DNA of 64,000 bases from Podarcis tiliguerta (taxonomy: Eukaryota), in the NCBI GenBank assembly GCA_965153285.1, contig OZ229126.1, one strand, 5' to 3'. The notes under the pieces were generated by a model. The model saw nothing but the letters and a program-made list of their open reading frames with translations. It was not told where the DNA came from and did not search any database. Positions 39,044 to 52,069 of the stretch are shown piece by piece (position 1 is the first letter of the stretch; each line of letters starts with the position of its first letter). Position numbers and translations under genes: made by a program.

Positions 39044-39646
39044 TAGTAGTACATCACCTTCAGCCAGTACATTGTCACACTGCCTAGTGTTTTTAGGGTA
39101 TTAATGAAAACTAGCTTATCTGACTTTTAAATTATATATTCTTTGATGAACTTGACCTTAGTCGACTTGACATGACTATCTTCCCCATTGCCGGGGGGTG
39201 GGGGGAGTTAGCAAAGCTTGAAAACCAGGCAGTGCTGAATGAAATATTTGAAGTTTAATTTCCTTGACATACTTAGGGAATTCAATCTTTGTGAATCCCA
39301 GCATGTAATGGCCTGATCTGCACTTTTGGACTAAGCTGCGGATCTGGATTTACCACCGAAGGGATTTTGCCCTCCTCTGAATTTTGCGATGAAGTCCAAA
39401 TGTATCAAAATGCATTTGAACTTAAATATGTATTTTGAGAAAAATATATGCATTTAAATATATTTAAAATGTATTTATGTTGAGAGGATTTTATACACAC
39501 CCACCCACCCACCAATATATGTTCTTCCTGATGTTTCGTTGGAATCTCCTTTAAATAATCAGTAATCCATTTTGAAGGCAATGTCTCTGTATCATATAAT
39601 AGATAGATGATAGATGATAGATAGATAGATAGATAGATAGACAGAC

Positions 39647-39999
39647 AGAAGGCTGATTGTCAAAGAATTGATGCTTTTGAATTATGGTGTTGGAGGAGAC
39701 TCTTGAGAGTCCCATGGACTGCAAGAAGATCAAACCTATCCTTTCTGAAGGAAATCAGCCCTGAGTGCTCACTGAAAGGACAGATCCTGAAGCTGAGGCT
39801 CCAATACTTTGGCCACCTCATGAGAAGAGAAGACTCCCTGGAAAAGACCCTGATGTTGGGAAAGATGGAGGGCACAAGGAGAAGGGGACGACAGAGGACG
39901 AGAAACTGCGGGAGGCAGTGGAAGACAGGAGTGCCTGGCGTGCTCTGGTCCATGGGGTCACGAAGAGTCAGGCATGACTAAACGACTAAACAACAACAA
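39647..39999 (+). mobile_element. Bov-B LINE 3' fragment inside a (GATA)n microsatellite, with 43-nt internal deletion
   Basis: Encodes RIDAFELWCWRRLLRVPWTARRSNLS..YFGHLMRREDSLEKTLMLGK with a (caa)n tail. (gata)n lies on both sides (39600-39640 and 40000-40020). Confidence 0.95.
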
Positions 40000-40362
40000 G
40001 ATAGATAGATAGATAGATAGAACATATATTGGTGTGTATATATATATATAACATATAAATAACATATATATATAACAAATATATAACATATAAAACATAT
40101 TTTATATTTTATATAACATATAAAACATATATATAACAATATATATAACATATATTGGTTTAATGCAGAAATAGACCAGAATTATGAATAAAATGTGCAA
40201 AACTTGCACTTACTGGAAATAGACTGATTCATGCATCCCTTGGTGTGCTCCTACTTGTGGTACACAAAAGCAACAAAGGATATAGGATAAGATATGTTTG
40301 GACACAGTAGTGTCTGGGAGCTGGCCCCTGGACATTGCCTTCAAAATGGATTACTGATTACT

Positions 40363-40580
40363 GAAAGGAGATTCCAACTAAACATCAGGAAGAACTTTCT
40401 GACAGTAAGAACTGTTTGACAGCGGAACAAACTCCCTCAGGAGGCTGTGGAATCTCCTTCTTTGGAGGTTTTTAATCAGAGGTTGGATGGCCATCTGTCA
40501 TGGATGTTTTAGTTGAGATTCGTGCATTGCTGGGGGTTGGACTAAATGACTCTTGGGGTCCCTTCCAACTCTATGATTCT
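40363..40580 (+). mobile_element. CR1 LINE 3' end
   Basis: aggagattccaactaaacatcaggaagaactttct...ggggtcccttccaactctatgattct. Confidence 0.92.
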
Positions 40581-41024
40581 TTGAAAACTGTAGCAGTGCT
40601 ACTTCTCCTATAGGAACAAATCAAAATATTTCCTCAGTTCTAGTCCATTATTATCCTGTACTTCTATAATGCCTTAAGTTCTCCTGCAGTTGATTTCTAA
40701 TGGAAAAAAAGAGAATTTCGATGATGGGTTTTACCCCTCAAAACATAAAACAGACCACTGCTACACAACCCTGACACCTTTTATTCTTTTGATTTCTATA
40801 CAAATAAAAATACTGTAAATGTTAGCTTTTCAAAGGAGAGTCATATATTTTCTCCAGCACCCCAGTGAAGTATTAAAAATAATAAGTAAACAAGATATCA
40901 AACTTTCAATAATTTTTTTAGAAGGCTTTTGTGCCAACCTTTAAAAAAATGTGTTATTTTGTGGCTTAGGGAAAGTATTATAGTTGTTTCGTTAAACATT
41001 TTTCTTTCCTGGAGATCTATATTC

Positions 41025-41260
41025 CATGGCCTGCCTTCTTCTACTCAGCCGCCCTACAGCTGAGGGTGAGGCGGCGAGCAGACTGCTTGGGCAGCACAGA
41101 GTCAGTGTATGCACAAGCCACTGTGTCTCTTCTGGGATGAGAGGTGCGGCTCGGGCGCACTGCAGGCCCCGTGGTGAGTGCCATCCAGCATTTTGCACCC
41201 CCACCCTCAGTGGTGACACCTGTGGCTGCCCACACCCACCTCATCCCCTCTCTGCCCTTG
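41025..41260 (-). mobile_element. GC-rich non-autonomous DNA-transposon-like fragment; related to 53169-53490
   Basis: Shared gtgtcacc.(c)tgagggtggg.(g)..ca motif. Ends not resolved. Confidence 0.45.
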
Positions 41261-42012
41261 TTTTCTTATAATGGCAATGATGACCACATGAGAGGTGCCA
41301 CAGCTGAGCTCTGGTAAGCTCTGGCTGCGGGGGGGGGGGGATGTCCTGCTTATTATCATCCTCAGCTGGTATTTAGGTTTATCTTCATTCTACTTCCTTG
41401 ACTTTATCCTCATTGCACTGCTTGTCCCATAATATCCATTCCCATGCTATGCACACCAACAGTTCCCAGACCCCCTTGTTAGTACCACTTGGATTTATAA
41501 CATTTTAACTATTAAGATGGCTCCACAGAACAAAATTCTGTGCAATTTTGTCAATTCTTACGTACTTAGGAATGCATCTGAACATTGCGTTTTTTCATAT
41601 GACATGCTTATTGTTTTCATAACCTTCACCTAAAAAGGAAGAGCTCTAGGCATTCCAAGATAACATATAATAGGCCCGTGAGCTCATCTATCAGCAGAAG
41701 CTGTTCCCAATTTAGCAAACCTCTCTGGGCATCCAGCATGGCTTAAAATAAGCTTATCCTGCATTTCTCATAGTGTAAGGTCCAAAGGTGAGCATTTCAT
41801 CGCAGTGGTTCAGGCACTGGTAACTTTTAGACTGGATTACTGCAGTGCATTTTATGTGGGGCTTTCCTTTCACTTGGTCTGGAAACTGCAGTGAGGTCCG
41901 AATGCTGCAGCACAATTACTTACTTGAGTATTGCCACCATAATATATCTCTCTGTGCTCATAGATCTTCACTGGCAGAGAGTTCACTACTAGGTAGAGTT
42001 CAAGTTGTTACT

Positions 42013-42244
42013 TTGTTGTTGTTTAGTCATGTCCGACTCTTCATGACCCCATGGACCAGAGCATGCCAGGCACTCCTGTCTTCCACTGCCTCCTGCAGTT
42101 TGGTCAAACTCATGTTGGAAGCTTCTTGAACACTGTCCAACCATCTCGTCCTCTGCCGTCCCCTTCTCCTTGTGCCCTCGATCTTTCCCAACATCAGGGT
42201 CTTTTTCAGGGAGTCTTCTCTTCTCATGAGGTGGCCAAAGTATT
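42013..42244 (-). mobile_element. Bov-B LINE 3' fragment
   Basis: ORF 42027-42227 MRREDSLKKTLMLGKIEGTRRRGRQRTRWLDSV...HGVMKSRT, with a (caa)n tail. Confidence 0.95.
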
Positions 42245-45200
42245 ACTACTGTTATATAAATCCATGTTTTGGCAGAACTATCCAGACGCATGATTTGGTT
42301 ACATCTGTTTTTAAATTTGTTAAACATTTTTCTGTTTTTATTGTTTTTAGAAGTTTTAGTTGCTTTAAATAATTTTAAAATGTTTTAAATATGACTTTAT
42401 TTTAATTTTAGCTGTGTTAACTATATATATTTTAATCACAGCTGTGTGCTGTTCCATTGAGAGGAAGTGTGGAATAAGAATTAAATCAATATTTTTTTTA
42501 AATAAATAAATCTTAAAGAACAAAAAAATGGCTCTTGCTGCATATTCAGTCCTACTGTGTGAAGTCAGGACTGAATAGGTTTCTGTTATTCAAATCAAAG
42601 GGCATGATAATTACCGAAAGGTCCCACAAATACTTATTACATTATGGCCTCTACCACACTTTAATTTTGTTCAGAATCATGTGCATGGAATATTGCACTA
42701 ATATTTCCTCAAAGGAAAACAGCTTCACAGTTTCCTTCTGTATGTATAAAGTATTTCATATAGTACATAACTTATTAACATTAATTTTGAGAGTAGTTTA
42801 ATTATATCAGGTGAATAAACCAGTATATCTAGAGGTAACGAGTGATGATGAAAGGCAAAACACAATATGTGTCCTAGATTTCCCTGGTATTTGGCAAATT
42901 GCTGTACTTTGTTGAATGCTGTGACAACTGGGGGAGCGATTATTGAATGAAAGATGTAAGTTATGTGCCTTTTAGGCTGGCTTTTCCATTTAATTCTTCG
43001 GATAATTTGCACTGCACATCAATCTCAGACCTTAGGTGTAAAGGCCAGCACCATTAGCATATATTGTAAGAACAGACTTCAGGTTTGTGCACTAAATCGT
43101 CTAGTAGTATGGGAAGATATGTATAAGGTAAATACTTTCTCCTGCATTTAGGTTTGTTACAAAAAGCACCCACCTTCCCTGAGAAGTATATTTCAAAAGG
43201 TCTCAAAACCATGTTTGTTTGGGGGTTTAGTTTTGCTTCGCAGTTTTCAGCATGCACTGTCGTTCCTAAAATAAGCATCCAGCTGTCAAGTCCTGCACCA
43301 CATTTCAGTATAGATTTGACAATAGGCATAGTAAAGCTGGTGGGGGAATGTCTTCAAGATTCTAACTGTATATGCCTACTATTCCTAGGACTATTTAAAA
43401 GTAGCTAGGTTTCTCCTGTGCCAGCTCCACTTGTTTTGAATGGATTTGAGCGGCGACAAATAACTTGCTAATGTCTTTAATTATTTTATTGTTCATGATG
43501 GGATGCATTCAAAATGAAACACCATGAGAAAAACCTGACAGGACCTGTATCCAAAACTAAATTATATATATATCTTTAAAATATTTTCAAACCAGAGGAG
43601 TAGCTTGGACTTTGTGATTGGTTTTGTTACTAAGTAGCAAATAATGTGTATTTATATAAAACGGCTGTTCCTCTGTTTATGTCTTATAACCATAATACAG
43701 AGTCATGTTACAGAAGACATAGGATGTACAGAATTGATGCCATGTTGTATCATGAAGCTGGTATCCTAAATGGGCAGTTCCATGCTGTGTGAGATAATTT
43801 ATATTTAACTGGTCAAACAGGTTTTGACACCGATCATTGTCTTCTGTGTTTGTATTTATAGCATGAAGATATCTTAAACCATTTTTTTCTATTTATTCTT
43901 CCGCTCTCCAACCCCCTTTTCAGTTGAAAACATGTCAACCAACATGACTTTAAAAGATTAAGAGTACCCCAAAGCTGCCTTGTTGAATGGTTTCCTCTTT
44001 GGGGATCTTTTTTCACAGGGCAGTGGATTTCTAGAGAATAATCATCATCATATTTTGCACTTCTTTATAGTCTTTTATCAGAAATTCAGAGAGGCCTATA
44101 GAAACATTAAACTCACCAAATATGACCATCAAGTACAGTCAAAATGTTCCTTATCCTATAGATTGGTGAAAATGAAGACAGAATAAGGGACCTGTCATAT
44201 TTTGCAGATCCTGGGATGATGTTGTTCCAGTGCTAAGAACAACTCGTAGGTGTTGGCTTAGGACCATTGACGAAATCTGAAAATATTTGCGGGAAGAATT
44301 TGTAGCAGAAATCCATTCTGTTTTTATTCCCCCTCAACTCTGTATGCTGATCTGAAAATCTCTGAGTTTAGCAGCTGACACACCAAGTAAAACAGTATAC
44401 AGAAGGGAAGACCTTACACAAACATAACCTTTTGCTAGCTACAAGGCAGAAGGGATAGCAGTCTGGATAACAGGACATCTATTAAAGTTCTAATCCTAGA
44501 AGTAGAAACTGACTAGTGGCGTTGTGCCAGGAACTTGGTGTTGGTTGTTGAAGTAGAGGGTGGTCATCAACTAAAATTTATCCAGAGTAGACCCACTACA
44601 TGACTACATTAATTTCAATAGGTTAACCCTTGAACAAATACCATTCTGAGATGGGCTCATAGGAACAGCTGATGAAAAAGTTACCTAGTTAAATTTAAAT
44701 ATTTCTGTTTCGAAATAGTTAAAATACCATATAAGATAAAAAGACAGAGTAACTAGGTTGAAGTTGATTTAGATAATATGTATTTTAGCATGATTTACTT
44801 GTTTAACATTTTCAAACACAGTGAGTTTCTTTTCCACAAACCCACAAAAGCAAACTAATTTACTCAGATGTCAACATTATTTGCTTGAAAAAAAATGTTA
44901 TACTTTCATTTTGGTTATCAGAATAACTGTACTAATACCTACATTAAATCCTTCTCATCCTCTCAATGATAAGTACTTTATAAAAGTCACTGTAGTTATA
45001 TCATTGCTATGGAACTTCCTTCTGTTAGACATGTGACAAATCTCTGTGCTTCAGTTTTTCCAGAAGACTATAATTATGGTGGCGTTTCAGACATGAAGTT
45101 TATTAGTTAGGTAATGGTCTCTCTGCATCTGTAAAAAAAGAACCCCTGCAATGTTGAATTTGTTAAAGTTTCAAATTTCATACTATTTTTATTGTTAGCC

Positions 45201-45639
45201 AATGTGTGTGGGCATTTGCCCAGAAAATTAGCATAAACATATTCTAAATAATCACCACCACTATCACAAAGGACAAGTTTATACTCTTTGGATTAGAAAT
45301 AACCACTGCACTTGCTTTTGAGAACCAGTCATTATACTGTTCTTGAACGTTTAGAGCACGAGTGGGAAAACTGCATCCCCACTACAACTTCCACCATCCC
45401 TAACCCTTGATCTTACTGGCTAGGATTGATGGGAATATGAGGTCTTTACATTGCTCAAAGATAGGTCTTCTCTTCCTGTATGTTTTTTCAATGTCTTCAG
45501 GTGCTGAAATTTGATGGCAGGTCAAACTGGGTCCTGACTGAGCATTCAGGATAATAAACTAGATGAAAGTGATCTAGCAGTTGGGACGCTTTGTTGTTCA
45601 ACACCCTCAGTTTTGACAGCATCATTCCCATTCTGATGA

Positions 45640-45949
45640 TCATAAAATTGTAGAGTTGGAAGGGACCCCAAGAGTCATTTAATCCAATCCTCTGCAATGC
45701 AGTGAATCTCGGCTAAAGCATCCATGACAGATGGCCATCCAACCTCTGCTTAGAAACCTCCTAGGAAGGAGAGATCACAACCTCCCAAGGGAGACTATTC
45801 CACTGTCGAACAGCTCTTACTGTCCAAAAGTTCTTCCCTGATGTTTAGTCGAAATATCCTTTCTTGTAACTTGAAGCCATTGGTTTGAGTCCTACCCTCC
45901 AGAGCAGGAGAAAACAAGCTTGCTCCCTCTTCCATGTGACAGCCTTTGA
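45640..45949 (-). mobile_element. CR1 LINE 3' end
   Basis: Encodes KGCHMEEGASLFSPALEGRTQTNGFKLQERIFRLNIR, followed by the CR1 tail. Confidence 0.93.
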
Positions 45950-46057
45950 TCAGAGGGCATATATTATACCTCCCTTCATCCAAGGATCACAATGCAGTTG
46001 ACACATAAAAACACAAAAATGCATACTATAGTAACAAACCAAAGCAATACCCCCACA

Positions 46058-46062
46058 ACACA

Positions 46063-46113
<51 letters not shown>
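46058..46113. repeat. Compound (CA)n(GA)n microsatellite
   Basis: Read directly from the sequence. Confidence 0.97.
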
Positions 46114-46117
<4 letters not shown>

Positions 46118-47297
46118 AAAGGCCTGGGAGAATGGGAGAAGAGGACTCTCTTTGCCGGGCACCTCAAGATAAGTAACTAAGGTGCTGGGTGAGCCTTCTA
46201 TGAGGCAAAACTATGCTATGAAGCTATTTTAGTAAAACAACAGTTTACAGTCACTTTACAGTTTAGGAGCCACACAAGGCTGAACATTGTATGAGCCAAG
46301 GCCAGGCAAGAAATCAAGAACTGAGAGCTCTACTTTGCTTGGGGAGCAAGTCAGAATAAGCAGGTAATACTCCAGATGGCTAGGTGACTTACATTCAGAG
46401 CTTTTTTCCAGCTGAAACTTGCCCGAACTCAGTCCCAGCACCTCTCAGGTGGGTTCCATTGCCATTCTAAGAGAACACCGTCAGTTCCAGCACCTCTTTT
46501 TCTAGAAAAATAGCACTGCTTTTACTTTTCGCAGAATGAGTTGTTAGTAAATAAATCTGGTCCAATGACAACAACAGTGGTGAGTCCAACTTTTAAATTT
46601 CTAGAGAAGGAATGAAAGCTTCTGTGTTGCTGGTGCTGTCTTATGATCTTTTTAGCCTTCAGTTTCAGACTGTGAATGCCTACTGTTGCACTTGAATGTC
46701 AGAACACAGAATGTCTGATAATTATGTTGTGATGTTTGTGCAGCAGTTATTAAGGGTTGCCAAACATCTTTCAAAGAAGATCAAGCCTTCCAGAGTCCTC
46801 GCTGCCCCCACTTAGGCATGTGTTGCATTTACAGTTTAAAAGGAAGCTGTTCTGAGAAATTACAGTTAAGGGTTTTGTTTTTTTTATTAAAAAAATCAAG
46901 AGTCTTGTAAATTATTCTTCATCAATAATCCAAACTGTTTATTAGTCTTCCAGCTGAAGGTTAATGGTTAGCAGTCAAGTTTAACAAATTACATGTATAT
47001 ATTTTTGGCCGTGGGGGTGGGTAGAGATAATACAAGCTCAGACTCAGAAGAAGATATTCTATGTAATTTGGTTGCTGTCACTCCTTTGGAAAGTCCTCAT
47101 TAACTCTGCAATTGATACACTGATAACCTCATATTGATCTGGTAAATTATGTTGCTTTCTGCTCCATGTATTCAACTTTTCATGTAAATATGCTAATTTA
47201 TAATGTAGATTTGTCTTATTTATCATCACTTGTTTTATGAACTCATACATTACAGAGCTTTTCAAAATTTATAGACTACTGCAGAACACTGTGCCTA

Positions 47298-47870
47298 CAT
47301 TCTCAAAGAGAAGGGAGTCTGAGATAGATGGGAGCTTCTTAAAGGTAAAATATTGAAGACACAAATGCAGACAATTCCAAGAAGAAAGAAAAGGAGGAGG
47401 CATCTAAAGGAACAAGTGTGGCTGCATAAGGAGCCTACAGATGAGCTGAGATTTAAGGAGGACCTGTATAAGAGATGGAAGAAAGGGGAAATCACAAAGG
47501 AAGAAAGGTATACACAAATAGAAATCAATTGCAAGGAAGGTCAAGCGGGCCAAAACTCAGAATGAGCTCAGCCTTTCAAGATAGGTTAAAAATAATTTTT
47601 AAAAGTTTCTTCAGCTACGTTTGAAGCAAGAGGGAGAACAAGTGATAGGTCCTCAGGATGGGGAAGAAGGAGAAACGCTATGGGGTGACAGAGAAAGTGG
47701 AACTGCTCAACTTTGCCTCTGTCTTCGCCCAAAAGGAAAGCAGTGACTTAGTGATAACAAAATTAATGATGCAAGGCGGAGGCTGCAGGTCAAGACAGGA
47801 AAAGAGGTGAATTCAAATCTTCAGGGCCTGGTGAGCTGAACAAAAAGGGTACGAAAAGGAGCTTTAGGGA
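47298..47870 (+). mobile_element. Degenerate internal CR1 ORF2 fragment (between endonuclease and RT)
   Basis: Frames give WELLKGKILKTQMQTIPRRKK..WLHKE..DELRFKEDLYKRWKKGEITKEE, then QNELSL, KSFFSYV, ELLN.FASVF, interrupted by stops and frameshifts. Confidence 0.85.
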
Positions 47871-48989
47871 AGTGATCTATTTCCCATCTGGGAAATAAGA
47901 GCTAAGTTGTGAGAGGTTTCTGTTGTGATGCATTCTTGGAAAGATTTCAGCTTAAAGGGTTTGTTGAAAGAGGAGGGTATTCAGTTGGTGCTAAAAAAAT
48001 AAATAATATTTAATAGGAATTCCGAAGTGTAGGTTCTACAACACTAAACGTGCAATTAGTACAATGAGTGTAGGGCCTCACCTACAGAGCACAATGATCA
48101 ATATTGCTGTGTGTGTCTATCTTGTTTAGCTTCAGTAGCATGGCTAAGATCACCAACACAAAACAGTTGTTTTTAGCAGAGTTGTTTTCCTTGTCACACA
48201 AACAGACACTCTGTATTTACACACGAAGCGCCTTTCTCTCTCCCTGGTCACAGAGAGGATTCTGTATTTCAAAGTCCTTGCTTGAACCAGCGTCCATTAG
48301 CAAGTGCTAAGTCCAGTTGCTCAGAGTCCTGCCGCAAACTCTGCCCTCTGAGTTCTGAAGCCTGACCATTCTCCAACTTATTCTTAGATGATTTCTTCAA
48401 GAAGTCTTCACATGAACCCACAGCCCCAAGAGATAGGATTCAACAGCTCCTGCAGTCTCCCATCATGACCCACACTGTATGCTGCAAACTGAGCTCTTTT
48501 ATACATGAAGTTACTTGCCAAATTTGCCCAGTAACATAGATAAGAAAGTGGGCTATGATTCAGCATTGCCAACTCTTGTAGAATTATGTACCTCATGGTA
48601 CATGAGGAGCAGTGCTTTCTATGATGCAAGAGGCCAACCCATCTACTCCTCCATAGTTCAATATATAAAGTTATTAAAAAGAGGTTTTCTTTGTTTATAT
48701 GTGAATGTCATTAGTCATAACATGACATGACCACAAGTTTCACAATAATCTATTTTGTGGAGCATGGTGGGGTTTTTTTCCTGTAAATGTTATTTTATTC
48801 ATACTTGCTATTTTAATCAAGTAGTTGCAGTTCCTTCTTTTTACTGCAGGAGTAAATAAATCCTGCATCAACCAAATGAAGAAAGATTTATAAATAAAAG
48901 AAATTGAAGAAAAGCTTGTCTGTAATCTGCCAGGCTCCTTGTCTACTTCTAAAGTTGCTTTTCTGGAGGTTCCAGCTGGTGCAACTTTC

Positions 48990-49117
48990 AGTGACATCAC
49001 ACACATGCGTGGAAGTGGCGATTCGTGACCCGCAGATGTGCAGACGCGGGTTGTGTTCGCTTCAGGATGTGAATGGGGCTCTAGAATGGATCCCGGTCGC
49101 ATCCAGAGGTACCACTG
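48990..49117. mobile_element. One-ended Tigger-like MITE fragment
   Basis: Right end ..atccagaggtaccactg followed by TA. Left TIR is absent. Confidence 0.7.
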
Positions 49118-49641
49118 TATATGCACAGCACCAGGAAATGATTAAATAATTTAATTCATACCACAAAATGGAGAGAGGGAGCTGGAGACTCTTCGCGACT
49201 CACAAAGAGGCCCTCCCCAGGGCCTGAATAGGACTTCAGTGAGGGCGGAGACTGGAGGCGCAGTGGGGCTTTGTTTAGGCTGCTCAGCTTCCCCACCTAA
49301 CAGCTGATGTTCAGGGTAGTGAAGCACTACCACCACTTTTCCATAATTAGTCTCCTGTCAGTCCCAGAGCTTCAAGACCAGTTGTGGATATTTGGGGGGG
49401 CAGTATTTTTGATATGTATTGGAGAGAGAGCAGCACAGATGACATTTCAAGGGTGCTTAGAGAGTGCTCTTCACTTACACGATTTTCACTTAGACGTGCA
49501 GGGTGCCAGAACGTAACCCCCATATAAGTGGGGAGTCGCCTGTAATTCTAAACCGCTTAGAGACAATTGTAGTAAATAAATAATTACAACACTTGGATCA
49601 CGAGAAATATTTCACATCCGAAGCTATTTAATGTATACATA

Positions 49642-49992
49642 AAAGGTAAAGGACCCCTGACAGTTAAGTCCAGTCGCTGACGACTCTTGGGTTGCGGCGC
49701 TCATCTCGCTGTACTGGCCAGTGTTTATCTGCATACAGCTTCTGGGTCATGTGGCCAGCATGACTAAGCCGCTTCTGGCAAAACCAGAGCAGTGCATGGA
49801 AACACTGTTTACCTTCCCACTGGAGTGGTACCTATTTATCTACTTGCACTGGTGTGCTTTCAAACTGCTAGGTTGGCAGGAGCTGGGACTGAGCAACAGG
49901 AGCTCACCCCATCATGGGGATTTGAGCCGCCAACCTTCTGATCGACAAGCCCAAGAGGCTCAGTGGTTTATACCACAGCACTACCCGCGTCC
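49642..49992 (-). mobile_element. Sauria SINE, near full length
   Basis: Collinear with the 62351 copy and has an aaaggtaaag tail. Flanked by ~77-bp direct repeats. Confidence 0.95.
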
Positions 49993-51959
49993 ACTTAAGA
50001 GACAATTGTAGTAAATAAATAATACAACACTTGGATGATGAGAAATATTTCACACACCAAGCTATTTAATATGATTAAATGCCAAATGACCTTAAATACT
50101 GCATTGCAAACTTTACTCAAAAACTTAGAGCATTATCATTTTTCCTGCTATGAAAGAGAAAAAAATTCTTGCTTTGGAGGTGTGGAGATCTATTTTCCTA
50201 ATTCTGAATTTGAAAAATGGAAGATTGTTTACTATGTGCTATAAAGAAGTTGGCTGCTTTGTAAGAGAAGTGTTGCACAAATAGCCAAATATTAATCATG
50301 AATGTTTACAGGCCAATGGACCAAAAGAATTGACACCGTCCCCAGAGTGGTTTTTTTTAAAGCAGGTATGGTGGGAGGAAGCGATCAAATGCCTGTTAAA
50401 AATGTATGAGGTGGGTGCATGTTCAGTGATGCAAGCCATTGCAAAATGTTTGTGATCATGCAAAGAGCCTTAGCGGAATGAAATACCTGTGGCTTTTTTG
50501 TAGGTGAATAAAATGGTTCATTGTAGCAAAGCTTATGAACTGGAACAGAAATCTTGAAATACAGATGTTTATATTTTCTTCCTACACTCCTCTTTTAAGG
50601 CTGAGCAAATGTCATTTCAGAATGGTGGGGAGGGTTTGAAAAATGGTTTATCTCAAAAGATAAATGTTGTTGTTGTTTACAGTACTCTTAACTAGTATTG
50701 TGGTAAAAGATCATGAGAACATACACCTAAGGTGTTATGAACTAGGGTTAAAAGGGTAAAAATTCTGGTGGAATTCAACATGACTAATCCAGACGTATAC
50801 AGCCATAGACTGACAGATTCTCTCTTTTATTTTCATTTTCCTTGATTGTTCTGTTTAAAAACCAATCTCCTTAACTTACATATTCCATTCAGAAGATATA
50901 AATAACATTGGAAATAGTTAGTAAACCTGTCAACTCTGCTGTAAGTGGGTGACTTCTTGAACCAGCTATACTACTTCATTGTCAGATGCTGCTTAAGGCT
51001 ATGGATGTCTTTAATTGTGTTGGGAGCAGTATTTGATTCACAGATTCAAAATCAAGGAATTGCTGAGGAATAGGCTGGTCCTGTGTCCTACTTTACAGGC
51101 AGTATGATGCTATCTCGCAGGCCTCTGTTTGAAGAGCTGCCTGATCAAAACCCAGTTTAGAGATTTGGGAGAAGAGGTGCTTTGAAGTTGCACACCAGCA
51201 CTTAGAACCTGAATAACAGACAGAGCAAACAGGTCACCTGGTCTCTCTCACAAAAATTAGCATATGCAAACCTCATGCAGATACACGTTTCTTTTTCCTT
51301 TTCCTTTTCCTTTTTTGGCAATGCATTTTCTCTCTTCTTTTTTTGGCAGAAGAGGACCCTGGGGAGGATAGAGATTGATGGGCAATGAGGCATTGGGTGA
51401 TATCCAACTAAGGCCCTCCACCAGCACAATGATGTTTACTTGCACAATATGACTTTCCCTTCTTCCCGGAGGCTAGTACCCATTGTTAAGTGCATGGTTT
51501 TGGTTTAATCATAGAGGTTGTCTAGCCCTACAACCCATCTGCACGATACAAATGCCTCCACTTCAGGATTTTATTCCTATGCCTAGATCTGAAAGAAGCA
51601 GAAACCAGTGATAAAGGGGTTAAAAAAAATCTCACAGGAGCTGCTGAGTTCAGAATTTTCTGCTTTTTAAAAAAGTGTCAATCATAATGACAAACAAAAG
51701 ATCACATGAAGATGGGTGGAGGAAGCAACTGTTCTGATAATGCATTTTTTTTTGTTTTATTGTTTACAAAACTATGTGTGATCTTGATAATGGACACTGT
51801 TTGGACAAATGAATGAAATATTCATGTTGATGTATTGCACATTAGTGCAAAGTAGTCTTTTTATTAGTCTTGAAGCAACTTCCCTGACTTTTTAAGCTGA
51901 AAACCAGAATTACTTAAGGATGTTCATTATTATTTATAGAAAATGTTTAAATAAAAAAT

Positions 51960-52069
51960 GGGTGGCATTCAACTCAAGAGTAGACCCATTGGAATTAATG
52001 AGCGTGGCTAAGTTTGATCTATTAATTCCAATAAGCCTACTTCGAGCAAAACATAGTTGAATACCACCC
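51960..52069. mobile_element. Palindromic MITE, PIF/Harbinger-like
   Basis: 15-bp TIR gggtggcattcaact / agttgaataccaccc with 3-bp flanking aat on both sides. Decayed relatives near 44560-44650 and 57970-58030. Confidence 0.7.

Noticed and set aside
44789-44820. Possible 32-nt exon (tattttag|...aca|gtgagt)
   Set aside because: Weak pyrimidine tract. Such site pairs occur by chance in long introns and there is no other support.
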